Part shown: positions 16,853 through 24,597 of the stretch, piece by piece
How positions within the stretch are numbered: position 1 is the stretch's first letter
How the letters are laid out: the number at the start of each line of letters is the position of its first letter
IMG/VR virus record: IMGVR_UViG_3300003393_000055
Coordinates: 1-24,597 of that record
Length of the DNA: 24,597 nt
Strand: one strand, 5' to 3'
Source: a virus
Lineage: Duplodnaviria; Caudoviricetes
Notes under the pieces: model-generated
The model's input: the letters and a program-made list of their open reading frames with translations, nothing else
Told to the model about the DNA's origin: nothing
Databases searched by the model: none
Translations under genes and position numbers: made by a program

Positions 16853-17792
16853 TATCTGAGGACTTCTGTAAATTGTACTTACCACAGAACTTCATAAAAT
16901 GTGGTCCTACGCTTGGATTACGCTCTTTTTGTACTGCTTCGGCAATTGTTGTATCTAGCTCTGCTTTGATATGATCGGGCTGTGCAGTCAAGTCAATTAT
17001 AGCCTTATTACGCTCATAATCGTCACGCACTAGATGCTCGACACCTTCGTGGTCGGTCCAACGTTGCAGTAGCAGATTGTTCCACATGAAGCCTTTGTTA
17101 TGTCGATCAGCAAAGGCTTCTCGGAGTCCAACTTTGTTTTTGGTGCCAACAGTACGCACACCGGGAAATGCTGAAAACACGTTGTCGCTAGTATCGCCGC
17201 GCATACATTTTTCAAACAGCAACCATTCGGGTTCCGGTGCTGGCTTTACTTCTTTTGTTTTCTTGTCTTTAACTGGCTTACCTTTTTCATCAAAGTAGCC
17301 TTCGTGTGTAGTAAGCACACCACTGATACCATTGAACAACTGAACGTTTGGCGCAATCAGTTGTTCAAAGTCGGTGTCACTTGAAACAATAATATGATTT
17401 GAATCTTTGTGCAACTGAATCCAACGTGCAATAAAGTCGTCAGCTTCGCATACAGAATTCTTAAGAACAGTCACATTGGTTCGGGTACTGATGTATTCGT
17501 AGAACTTGTCAAACGATTCCCAGAACAGTTTTTCTTCTTCTGCTTCCTTAGGAGTATGCTTTGCACGACCTTCTGCACGATTGGCCTTGTAAGGCTTGTA
17601 AGCATCCTTGCGCCAGCTTCGGCCTTCGAAACAGAATACAACATGCTTGCCCTGACGTTCGCGCCACTGACGCAGGACCGAAGCAAGAATAATATGGTAG
17701 CTCATTGCAACACGCTCTTCAGGATCACCAGAACGGATCACATGGCGGGCACGGAAGAACAAGTTTGCGGCATCAACGATTAAATATGTCAT
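16809..17792 (-). CDS. rnh: T4 RNase H-like 5'-3' exonuclease (FEN family)
   Basis: IVDAANLFFR, SWRK..YKPYKANR, EADD, SSDTDFEQL, GDTSDNV. Confidence 0.92.
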   Translation of the reverse strand: MTYLIVDAANLFFRARHVIRSGDPEERVAMSYHIILASVLRQWRERQGKHVVFCFEGRSWRKDAYKPYKANRAEGRAKHTPKEAEEEKLFWESFDKFYEYISTRTNVTVLKNSVCEADDFIARWIQLHKDSNHIIVSSDTDFEQLIAPNVQLFNGISGVLTTHEGYFDEKGKPVKDKKTKEVKPAPEPEWLLFEKCMRGDTSDNVFSAFPGVRTVGTKNKVGLREAFADRHNKGFMWNNLLLQRWTDHEGVEHLVRDDYERNKAIIDLTAQPDHIKAELDTTIAEAVQKERNPSVGPHFMKFCGKYNLQKSSDNAQQHTEWLAASYN

Positions 17793-17798
17793 GTTACA

Positions 17799-17827
17799 AT
17801 TATAGCACTAGACTGCCAGTCTGTCAA
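17799..17827 (-). promoter_or_regulatory. Consensus sigma70 promoter TTGACA-N17-TATAAT, leaderless geometry
   Basis: Exact consensus with only 6 nt between the -10 box and ATG 17792. Confidence 0.88.
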
Positions 17828-18564
17828 GCATTTTTTTCGTTGCTTGTCTGATCCCAAGGCGGCGCACACGCTGTTAACTCCATTACCCCATTTGGTCTTT
17901 TCATATAGCCAAGTTTGACAAACTGGTCTGGTATATGGATTACTTTAATAGGATCATTTGGTCGTATAATACCAGGTTGGACCACTTGTCCAAGAACACC
18001 AATACGTGAAACTTCGCCATGGGAAACATTCTTTCTCCAATGGAAATATTCTTCTACTGTCGGATACAGTACATTTATAAATTTAAAACATGATGTTCTA
18101 AGGTGTGTTATTTTAATTTGTGCAATATCACCAAACTGCAATACAGTGCCAGCGCACATTTCTTCCAATGGAGTAGAACCTTCAATTTGAATATTTTCTC
18201 CAAATTGTCCAGCCTGCACATCTTTTTTATAAATTGTGTTTAGTTCGGTGTAACGTTCTTTAGTTAAGATGCTAACTTGTGCATAAGTGGAAGCATTAAA
18301 CCAATTGTTGTCAATTTTTGTAATCCAATCAGCAGCAAAATGTCGATCACCAACTACACCACCATTTACTACTGTCACAAAGTCTTGCGGGAATTTTGTA
18401 ATGACATTAGTCTGTAATGCTGCATAGTTATTACGAATTTCGTCAGTGATGTCGGCATTACGGATACATTGGTTGCGCAAACTTAGTGCGATCCTATTGA
18501 TAGGAATACGATCCTCGTCGGGTACACGAGTGCCTGGCACTAAATTAACAGAGCTTACCTTCAT
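17824..18564 (-). CDS. MOSC-domain protein (YiiM-like)
   Basis: GVVGDRH, GQFGENI, conserved Cys in RTSCFK, GVLGQVVQPGIIRPNDPI. Confidence 0.8.
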   Translation of the reverse strand: MKVSSVNLVPGTRVPDEDRIPINRIALSLRNQCIRNADITDEIRNNYAALQTNVITKFPQDFVTVVNGGVVGDRHFAADWITKIDNNWFNASTYAQVSILTKERYTELNTIYKKDVQAGQFGENIQIEGSTPLEEMCAGTVLQFGDIAQIKITHLRTSCFKFINVLYPTVEEYFHWRKNVSHGEVSRIGVLGQVVQPGIIRPNDPIKVIHIPDQFVKLGYMKRPNGVMELTACAPPWDQTSNEKNA

Positions 18565-18881
18565 TGATTGCGAGTACGATTGTTTGTTTGCATACGGCCT
18601 GCATCGGCAACAAACGAAGTTTCAGCATCACTATCCATGCTTACGTTGCGGCACATATCAGTGAACCATTGGTCCACAATTTCTTCGGGTGAAGCACCTT
18701 GGTAACCACCACGTTGAAGGAAATGTACAAAGGCCGGATTCCATTCTAACTCAAAGTATCCTTGCTTGGGATTGTCCGGTGCCAAATGAGCCTGTACTAC
18801 ATTAACCCACGGCTCAGAACTGTTCCGCATTGATTTTGCGGTCTGCTTCTTTTTAAAAATCTTCTTAATAAATTCAAACAT
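18561..18881 (-). CDS. Hypothetical phage protein
   Basis: EPWVNV...GYFELEWN...IVDQWF. Start likely ATG 18881; the ORF track gives 18899. Confidence 0.72.
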   Translation of the reverse strand: MFEFIKKIFKKKQTAKSMRNSSEPWVNVVQAHLAPDNPKQGYFELEWNPAFVHFLQRGGYQGASPEEIVDQWFTDMCRNVSMDSDAETSFVADAGRMQTNNRTRNQ

Positions 18882-18882
18882 T

Positions 18883-19077
18883 TTAGCTGCCTCGTCCAAA
18901 TATAGCTTCTTCTCTTTTGGGTAAATCAGTTAGTACCGTTTCCCGCCACTCTGTTGATTCAATGTACCAGTTGCTTCGTTCATCTTGTGTACGATAGCAA
19001 CCAATGCACATTCCGGTTTCATCCGATACACAGATACCAACGCATGGATTTGTTAAATTTGCATGATCATCATTCAT
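18883..19077 (-). CDS. DUF1289-like small Cys-rich (putative Fe-S) protein
   Basis: NPCVGIC...CIGCYRTQDE..W pattern. Confidence 0.8.
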   Translation of the reverse strand: MNDDHANLTNPCVGICVSDETGMCIGCYRTQDERSNWYIESTEWRETVLTDLPKREEAIFGRGS

Positions 19078-19280
19078 TGTTTATTCTTAAATGCCTTAAA
19101 AAGCATAGGGATTTGTTTATCTCTATACTGCGGTAGTTCGGGTACAAGCCTACTACGTTGTTCAACTTCGTCGCTGTACGTGGCTTTACATAGACTGCAA
19201 GGTAATTCTTCGGATTGCATAGTTACAAGTTTTCCATTTACTTTACAAAAGTGAGACCAAGTTGCCATATTATATATCAA
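19074..19280 (-). CDS. Small hypothetical protein, possible Zn-binding
   Basis: HxC...CxxC; ATGA overlap with the next gene. Confidence 0.6.
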   Translation of the reverse strand: MIYNMATWSHFCKVNGKLVTMQSEELPCSLCKATYSDEVEQRSRLVPELPQYRDKQIPMLFKAFKNKQ

Positions 19281-19286
19281 CTCTGG

Positions 19287-19634
19287 TTACAGAGTGTGCG
19301 CCGCCTCAAGTTCTTTAACAGTGCTTTCAATAGCATTGGCAAAGTTTAATGCACTTTGTTTGTCAAGTAACATATGATGCTCCTGCTTATGAACACCTTT
19401 AAACAAGATATCATAAACTGCGCCCAACCGTTGCCCCCAACCTCGCCATACAGGAGTCCATGTTGTTACATAGAAACTTACTTCAACGTCGGGAATGTCT
19501 CGATCACGTTGAACTTCAATCCACATTTTAGCTGCATGATCATCAGATGTGCAATCACACTCAACGTTGAAGACTCGAGCATCGCCAAAGTCTTTCTCAA
19601 TACTAATACCTTGTGCAGGTGTTTGCGCTTTCAT
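19287..19634 (-). CDS. Hypothetical phage protein
   Basis: Start MKAQTP 19634 with GGAGG SD; CxC...H motif. Confidence 0.72.
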   Translation of the reverse strand: MKAQTPAQGISIEKDFGDARVFNVECDCTSDDHAAKMWIEVQRDRDIPDVEVSFYVTTWTPVWRGWGQRLGAVYDILFKGVHKQEHHMLLDKQSALNFANAIESTVKELEAAHTL

Positions 19635-19668
19635 TGGATTTCCTCCTGTATATCCTGTACCGTACATT

Positions 19669-20955
19669 TTAATATCTGTATGTCTCGGGCTTAAACGGCC
19701 CACTGACAGTGACACCAATATAGTTTGCTTGCTTTTCTGTCAATGTAGTCAACTGTGCGCCAACGTGTGCTAAATGTAATTCAGCAACACGTTCGTCTAG
19801 TTTGCGTGGTAGGTTGTACATTTCTCCGCGAGCATAGTTTGCAGTATTTTGCCACAATTCTAGTTGCGCTAGAACTTGATTGGTAAAACTATTACTCATT
19901 ACAAAACTTGGGTGCCCTGTTGCACAACCCAAATTCACAAGTCGACCCCGTGCTAAGATAATAATTTGTCGACCATTACTCAATTTAACCAAATCAACTT
20001 GCGGCTTAACTTCGGTCCATGTTGCATCTGATAAACTTGCAATGTCAATTTCAGAATCAAAGTGTCCAATGTTACACACGATAGCATTGTGCTTCATTTG
20101 AAGCATGTGGTGCTTGGTAATAACGTCAACATTGCCAGTAGCAGTTACAAAAATGTCAGCATGCTGACATGCCCAATCCATTGTAACAACACGATATCCA
20201 TCCATTGCGGCTTGCAACGCACAAATTGGATCAACTTCAGTGACCCATACCTGAGCGTTAAGTCCACGTAAACTCTCTGCAGAACCTTTGCCCACATCAC
20301 CATAGCCACATACCACTGCTACCTTACCAGCAATCATAACATCAGTTGCACGTTTAAGTGCATCAACTAACGATTCGCGGCAACCGTACTTGTTGTCAAA
20401 TTTAGTTTTTGTTACAGAATCGTTTACATTGATTGCAGGCAATTTTAACGTGCCGGCAGCAATACGCTCGATAAGTTTATGAATACCAGTTGTTGTTTCT
20501 TCGGATACACCAACAATAGCATCCAACAATTCTGGATGCTTATCATGCACATATCCAGTCAAGTCATGACCGTCATCAAGCAACATGTTTGGTAACCAAC
20601 CATCTGGTCCAGACATCGTTTGTTCGATACACCACCAGTACTCTTCTTCGGTTTCGCCTTTCCAAGCAAAAACAGGAATACCAGCCGCTGCCATTGCAGC
20701 CGCTGCTTGATCTTGTGTAGAGAAAATATTACAACTACTCCAACGCACACTTGCACCCAACTGTACTAGTGTTTCGATTAAAACAGCAGTTTGAATTGTC
20801 ATGTGCAGGCTACCTGCAATGCGAGCACCTTTCAGTGGTTGACTATCAAGATACTGATTGCGTAATGCAATAAGTCCAGGCATCTCATGTTCGGCAATCT
20901 CAATCTCTTTGCGACCCCATGGCGCAAGACTAATGTCTGATACTTTGTAATCCAT
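19669..20955 (-). CDS. ahcY: S-adenosylhomocysteine hydrolase
   Basis: [56 protein letters not shown]. Confidence 0.97.
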   Translation of the reverse strand: MDYKVSDISLAPWGRKEIEIAEHEMPGLIALRNQYLDSQPLKGARIAGSLHMTIQTAVLIETLVQLGASVRWSSCNIFSTQDQAAAAMAAAGIPVFAWKGETEEEYWWCIEQTMSGPDGWLPNMLLDDGHDLTGYVHDKHPELLDAIVGVSEETTTGIHKLIERIAAGTLKLPAINVNDSVTKTKFDNKYGCRESLVDALKRATDVMIAGKVAVVCGYGDVGKGSAESLRGLNAQVWVTEVDPICALQAAMDGYRVVTMDWACQHADIFVTATGNVDVITKHHMLQMKHNAIVCNIGHFDSEIDIASLSDATWTEVKPQVDLVKLSNGRQIIILARGRLVNLGCATGHPSFVMSNSFTNQVLAQLELWQNTANYARGEMYNLPRKLDERVAELHLAHVGAQLTTLTEKQANYIGVTVSGPFKPETYRY

Positions 20956-20963
20956 ACTGTTCC

Positions 20964-22058
20964 TTAAAATAAGTTAATCTTTTCCCACGGTAGGTAATCT
21001 TTACCAAAGTGGCCGTAATTTGTAGTACTACTATAGATGGGACGGAATAGGTCAAAGCGGTCAATAATACCCTTTGGTGTCAAGTCAACTAAATCTTCAA
21101 CTGTCTTTGTCAACTTCCTACTATCACCATTGCTTTCAATATAAAAGCTCATTGGCTGTGCAACACCAATTGCATAGCTGATTTGAACCGTGGCCCAATC
21201 AGCATACCCACCAGCTACAATATTCTTAGCGATCCAACGTGTCAAGTAAGCAGCACTACGGTCTACTTTGGTAGGATCCTTGCCACTGAAAGCACCTCCA
21301 CCATGCGGGCAAGAACCTCCGTAAGTATCTACAATAATTTTGCGGCCTGTTAGACCAGTATCACCATCGGGGCCACCAATAACAAACCTACCAGTAGGAT
21401 TGATAAAAAATTCAGTACTATCATCAATTAAATTGGCAGGGAGCAAATTTCTAATAATAGTTGTAATTGTTTTACGAACAGTCAGTATATCAATACCTTC
21501 TTCGTGCTGTGTACTGCAAACTACTTTGGCAATACGCTTTGGAGTACTGTCGTCATTATATTCAAATGTTACTTGACTCTTTGCGTCGGGGCCAAGCCAA
21601 CCAATAATACCATTTTTGCGAACATCAGCAAGACCTTCCACAATACGATGTGCCCAGTAAATTGCACTTGGCATATATGTGTCAGTTTCGTTACACGCAT
21701 AACCAAACATTAGACCCTGATCGCCTGCACCGAAGTTATCGGTCCCTAGTGCAATGTCTGCACTTTGCCCGTGTAATAGATTTGTAATTTCAACTGTGCG
21801 CCAATCAAAGCCACCTTGTTCGTATCCGATGTCTTTAATGACTTTACGAATCGCACTATCAACTTCTTCAGTGTGCAATACACCTTTATATTCGCCAGCA
21901 ACCACTACGCGATTTGTAGTAACTAATGTTTCGCAAGCACACCGCGATGCAGTGTCTTGTTTTGCCATAACCAAGTCAAGGATAGCATCACTGATGCCAT
22001 CGGCTACTTTATCTGGGTGTCCTTCTGATACTGATTCACTTGTAAATAGATAACTCAT
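20964..22058 (-). CDS. metK: S-adenosylmethionine synthetase
   Basis: [33 protein letters not shown]. Confidence 0.97.
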   Translation of the reverse strand: MSYLFTSESVSEGHPDKVADGISDAILDLVMAKQDTASRCACETLVTTNRVVVAGEYKGVLHTEEVDSAIRKVIKDIGYEQGGFDWRTVEITNLLHGQSADIALGTDNFGAGDQGLMFGYACNETDTYMPSAIYWAHRIVEGLADVRKNGIIGWLGPDAKSQVTFEYNDDSTPKRIAKVVCSTQHEEGIDILTVRKTITTIIRNLLPANLIDDSTEFFINPTGRFVIGGPDGDTGLTGRKIIVDTYGGSCPHGGGAFSGKDPTKVDRSAAYLTRWIAKNIVAGGYADWATVQISYAIGVAQPMSFYIESNGDSRKLTKTVEDLVDLTPKGIIDRFDLFRPIYSSTTNYGHFGKDYLPWEKINLF

Positions 22059-22100
22059 TCATTCCTTTTATAATTTTGTGTAACACACTTTGATTTATCG

Positions 22101-22961
22101 TTATTTGCCCCAACCGTTTGACCAAATGTCAACGTGCAGTCGAGGACTATAACGATAACCACGTGCCAAGGCTTCATCGGCAATATGTCGTGTATTAGAG
22201 AAGTATGCTTTGTCAGTGCCACCAACTGGCATAACATATACCTGTCCATGGAACCCGGCTGCACGATATTCTTTAACAGCACGATCAACTTCATCAAAGT
22301 CTAGGATGTTATCGATGACAAACTTTAAATAAACGTAACCACGTTGTTGGTATTCAACAACAACTTCTGGCTTAATTGCATCCGACCATTTCTCTCCGCT
22401 GGCACTTAGCTTGGGACTTACACTGAATGTAATAGAATCCTTAGGCAAGTGATAGCTATCTGACAAAAAGTCTTTGAACTCTTTGTGTAAGTGTTGAGTA
22501 CCGTTTGTTTCAAATGTCAAGTTATGCAGGTCACGCATCCGCGGATTACTTAATAGTTCCGGATACAATGCCTGCCAACCCAACAGCGGTTCACCACCAG
22601 TGATAACAAGATGTACATCGTTACCGTTGTCTTGCATCCAATGATTGTTAGGAGTTAAGTCTAGCATTGTGTCGATGCTTTGCTCAACGCTATAGCTAGG
22701 GCTTAAATGTTTAAATGCAGGGTGCCACGATGCATAGCTATCACATCCTGTTTGTGCAAGTGGCAAGTCATTGAATGTTTTGTACAAGTGTACAACTTTA
22801 CCAATGTCATCAGGTTCTGCGGTCTTTTCGCCAGCTGGCAGTCCAAAGCCCGGGCATTTAAAGTTGCAACCAAATGTTCTAAAAAACACACTTGGCACAC
22901 CAATAAAGCGACCTTCGCCTTGTGCGCTATAAAACACTTCGCTTACTTTAAATTCATTCAT
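22101..22961 (-). CDS. queE: QueE-like radical SAM (7-carboxy-7-deazaguanine synthase family)
   Basis: EVFYSAQGEG, GCNFKC...(insert)...CDS, ITGGEPLL, FETNGT, SVSPKL, YSPRLH. Confidence 0.82.
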   Translation of the reverse strand: MNEFKVSEVFYSAQGEGRFIGVPSVFFRTFGCNFKCPGFGLPAGEKTAEPDDIGKVVHLYKTFNDLPLAQTGCDSYASWHPAFKHLSPSYSVEQSIDTMLDLTPNNHWMQDNGNDVHLVITGGEPLLGWQALYPELLSNPRMRDLHNLTFETNGTQHLHKEFKDFLSDSYHLPKDSITFSVSPKLSASGEKWSDAIKPEVVVEYQQRGYVYLKFVIDNILDFDEVDRAVKEYRAAGFHGQVYVMPVGGTDKAYFSNTRHIADEALARGYRYSPRLHVDIWSNGWGK

Positions 22962-23226
22962 AGATATTTGACCATTTCTTTAATTTTTCAACCTTGGCTT
23001 GCTTGGCAAGATCCAGGCCTGCATCTGTTACAACACCCTTTAATTTTAACAGATCTACCATGGCAAGTACATCACCAATTTCACCTTCTAAGTGTTGTGC
23101 ATTAGTTAGGGGCTTACCCGGCTTGAAGTTATCCAAACCAAATCGATTGCACTTGCTTACTGCCTGTACAACTTCGGCACATTCCTCTGAGAGGATGTTC
23201 ATAATTTCGTAAAGTTTTTTATCCAT
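22954..23226 (-). CDS. MazG-like NTP pyrophosphohydrolase
   Basis: EECAEV...EGEIGDV (ExxE/ExxD) motif; start MDKKL 23226. Confidence 0.8.
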   Translation of the reverse strand: MDKKLYEIMNILSEECAEVVQAVSKCNRFGLDNFKPGKPLTNAQHLEGEIGDVLAMVDLLKLKGVVTDAGLDLAKQAKVEKLKKWSNIYE

Positions 23227-23410
23227 TTTTAAATTCCATATGTGGTGCGATATCGTTGTCAAATACTTGAGCCATGCTGTCCCATAGAAACTTGCGCTCA
23301 TCTGGACTCATCCCCGATTCCCAAGGCGCCGGATCAATATCTTTGTTAAGTCCAAAGTCGTGTCGAAGAGTCAGACACATGCTGGTAATAATTTGTTCTC
23401 TTGTTTTCAT
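23219..23410 (-). CDS. Small hypothetical phage protein
   Basis: 63 aa; overlaps neighbours on both sides in the same direction. Confidence 0.7.
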   Translation of the reverse strand: MKTREQIITSMCLTLRHDFGLNKDIDPAPWESGMSPDERKFLWDSMAQVFDNDIAPHMEFKNG

Positions 23411-23622
23411 GGTCTTGGAAAGTCCAATTGGAATACGTGTGCTCGAGTACCTTTTAGTGCTAACAGCATTTGTTCTTGTTGTGCGTCTTCGAGACTAACG
23501 TAGTAGCCAGGGAAGATGGCCGATGACACCACAGAAGTACTATGTGTCGTCATTGTACCACTTGCACTAATACTAGCTACAATCCAAACACATAGGGTTT
23601 CTGGCGGGTCAATTGGCTTCAT
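23407..23622 (-). CDS. Small hypothetical protein
   Basis: 71 aa; ATGA overlap with the next gene. Confidence 0.65.
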   Translation of the reverse strand: MKPIDPPETLCVWIVASISASGTMTTHSTSVVSSAIFPGYYVSLEDAQQEQMLLALKGTRAHVFQLDFPRP

Positions 23623-23625
23623 TGA

Positions 23626-24165
23626 TTAAATCTCGCTATACTCATCGCTATCTACTTTGGCTGCGTTAATAGCATGCCGCAATGCTTCTTCGACAAGTGC
23701 ATTAAAGGTCATATCACGTTCGTGAGCCAACTTCATATATGTCAATAGTTCTTCATCTGAAAAGTCAACTGCAACTTGTACACGAGTATCGTATTCTTCA
23801 CCTGCTACAATAGCTTCCAACTTTTCTAAAAAGTCTTCAACAACATCCAAGTCGATATAGTCTACGTCATCCCAGGCTTGATTACTACTCACACCACGTG
23901 ATACCCCTTCAAGATCGTGTTTGACCTTGTACTTGGGATTGATCAAACGATAAGCACGGTTATTGGTGTAGTCACATACTTCTACTTCGTACACTTTTTG
24001 GCTTTTGGTACTGAACACAATGTTAGCACTCCATCCACCATCACTATGAACGCCATTCCAGGCGCTCAGTTGATGAGAGTTAGATCCATAACATTCCCAA
24101 CCGTAGTCCCCGCCTTCAGTGATGCGATAGCTAACAGCTTCGAAAAATTCTTTCATTGTAATCAT
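23626..24165 (-). CDS. Hypothetical phage protein, possible C-terminal ribbon-helix-helix
   Basis: 179 aa with AAGGA SD. C-terminal VQVAVDFSDEEL...LAHERDMTFNALVEEAL is RHH-like. Confidence 0.72.
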   Translation of the reverse strand: MITMKEFFEAVSYRITEGGDYGWECYGSNSHQLSAWNGVHSDGGWSANIVFSTKSQKVYEVEVCDYTNNRAYRLINPKYKVKHDLEGVSRGVSSNQAWDDVDYIDLDVVEDFLEKLEAIVAGEEYDTRVQVAVDFSDEELLTYMKLAHERDMTFNALVEEALRHAINAAKVDSDEYSEI

Positions 24166-24174
24166 AATGTTTCC

Positions 24175-24597
24175 TTAAATTTCAATTAAAATATTAGGGT
24201 TCCAGCCACTGTCTTCGCTGTAACCATCGCTTTCGTAACCACGGGGGTTACATACAATTCTAGTCTCACCAATTGTATAATCAAACGGATGATGAGTGTG
24301 TCCATGTGTCCACAGTTTAATCTGTGGGTGATCCATAATGAACTCACTCAAGTCACTGTGGTAACCACCGTTCATCAAGTATTCATTTTTGTAACTTTCA
24401 TGTACACTTTGAAAGCTGGGACTGTGATGTCCAACCACAACAAATTTCTTGTCGTGTTGTTCAGCAAGCACACTTCTAAAGTATTGCAATGTACGAGCAT
24501 GACGATCTACAACATCACGAGCACTCATGCGAGCAAATTCTCGCTTGTCATTTCGAATGATACGGAAGTCGTTCATCATACCTTCAATGGCATGCAT
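24175..24597 (-). CDS. Metallophosphoesterase (calcineurin-like), 5' part outside window
   Basis: VVGHHSPS, WTHGHTH, CNPRGY. Confidence 0.85.
   Translation of the reverse strand: MHAIEGMMNDFRIIRNDKREFARMSARDVVDRHARTLQYFRSVLAEQHDKKFVVVGHHSPSFQSVHESYKNEYLMNGGYHSDLSEFIMDHPQIKLWTHGHTHHPFDYTIGETRIVCNPRGYESDGYSEDSGWNPNILIEI

Noticed and set aside
22059-22100. Possible SAM riboswitch upstream of metK
   Set aside because: Only 42 AT-rich nt with a short TGTGT-A-ACACA dyad; no recognisable riboswitch core.
1-24597. CRISPR arrays, tRNA/rRNA genes, integrases, transposases, introns or genetic-code reassignment
   Set aside because: None recognised by eye. Known genes are full length under the standard code and intergenic gaps are mostly too short. 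A tRNAscan-SE/Infernal run would be needed to exclude small RNAs.

Overview
A 24.6-kb gene-dense segment of a large, probably T4-like or jumbo, tailed dsDNA phage genome. The assignment rests on thyX, a T4-type RNase H/5'-3' exonuclease, a MoxR-like AAA ATPase with a vWA-metallopeptidase partner, a collagen/C1q protein, perfect sigma70 promoters and TAAATA-type late-promoter motifs. The left third (1-8872) is a cluster of tailoring enzymes: a SAM methyltransferase-like protein, two 2OG-Fe(II)-type oxygenases, two possible GNAT-like proteins, two stand-alone SGGxDS PP-loop adenylating enzymes and two His-box membrane desaturase/hydroxylases. The right end carries metK, ahcY, a QueE-like radical SAM enzyme and a MazG-like protein. 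The most striking non-coding pattern is a recurring hairpin that pairs a late-promoter-like motif region with the start codon or SD of the downstream gene (five sites, including an 18-bp perfect inverted repeat between divergent genes). Also present are consensus sigma70 promoters with embedded inverted repeats and a small ArfA-like ORF. All product calls come from motif recognition by eye; no database searches were run.
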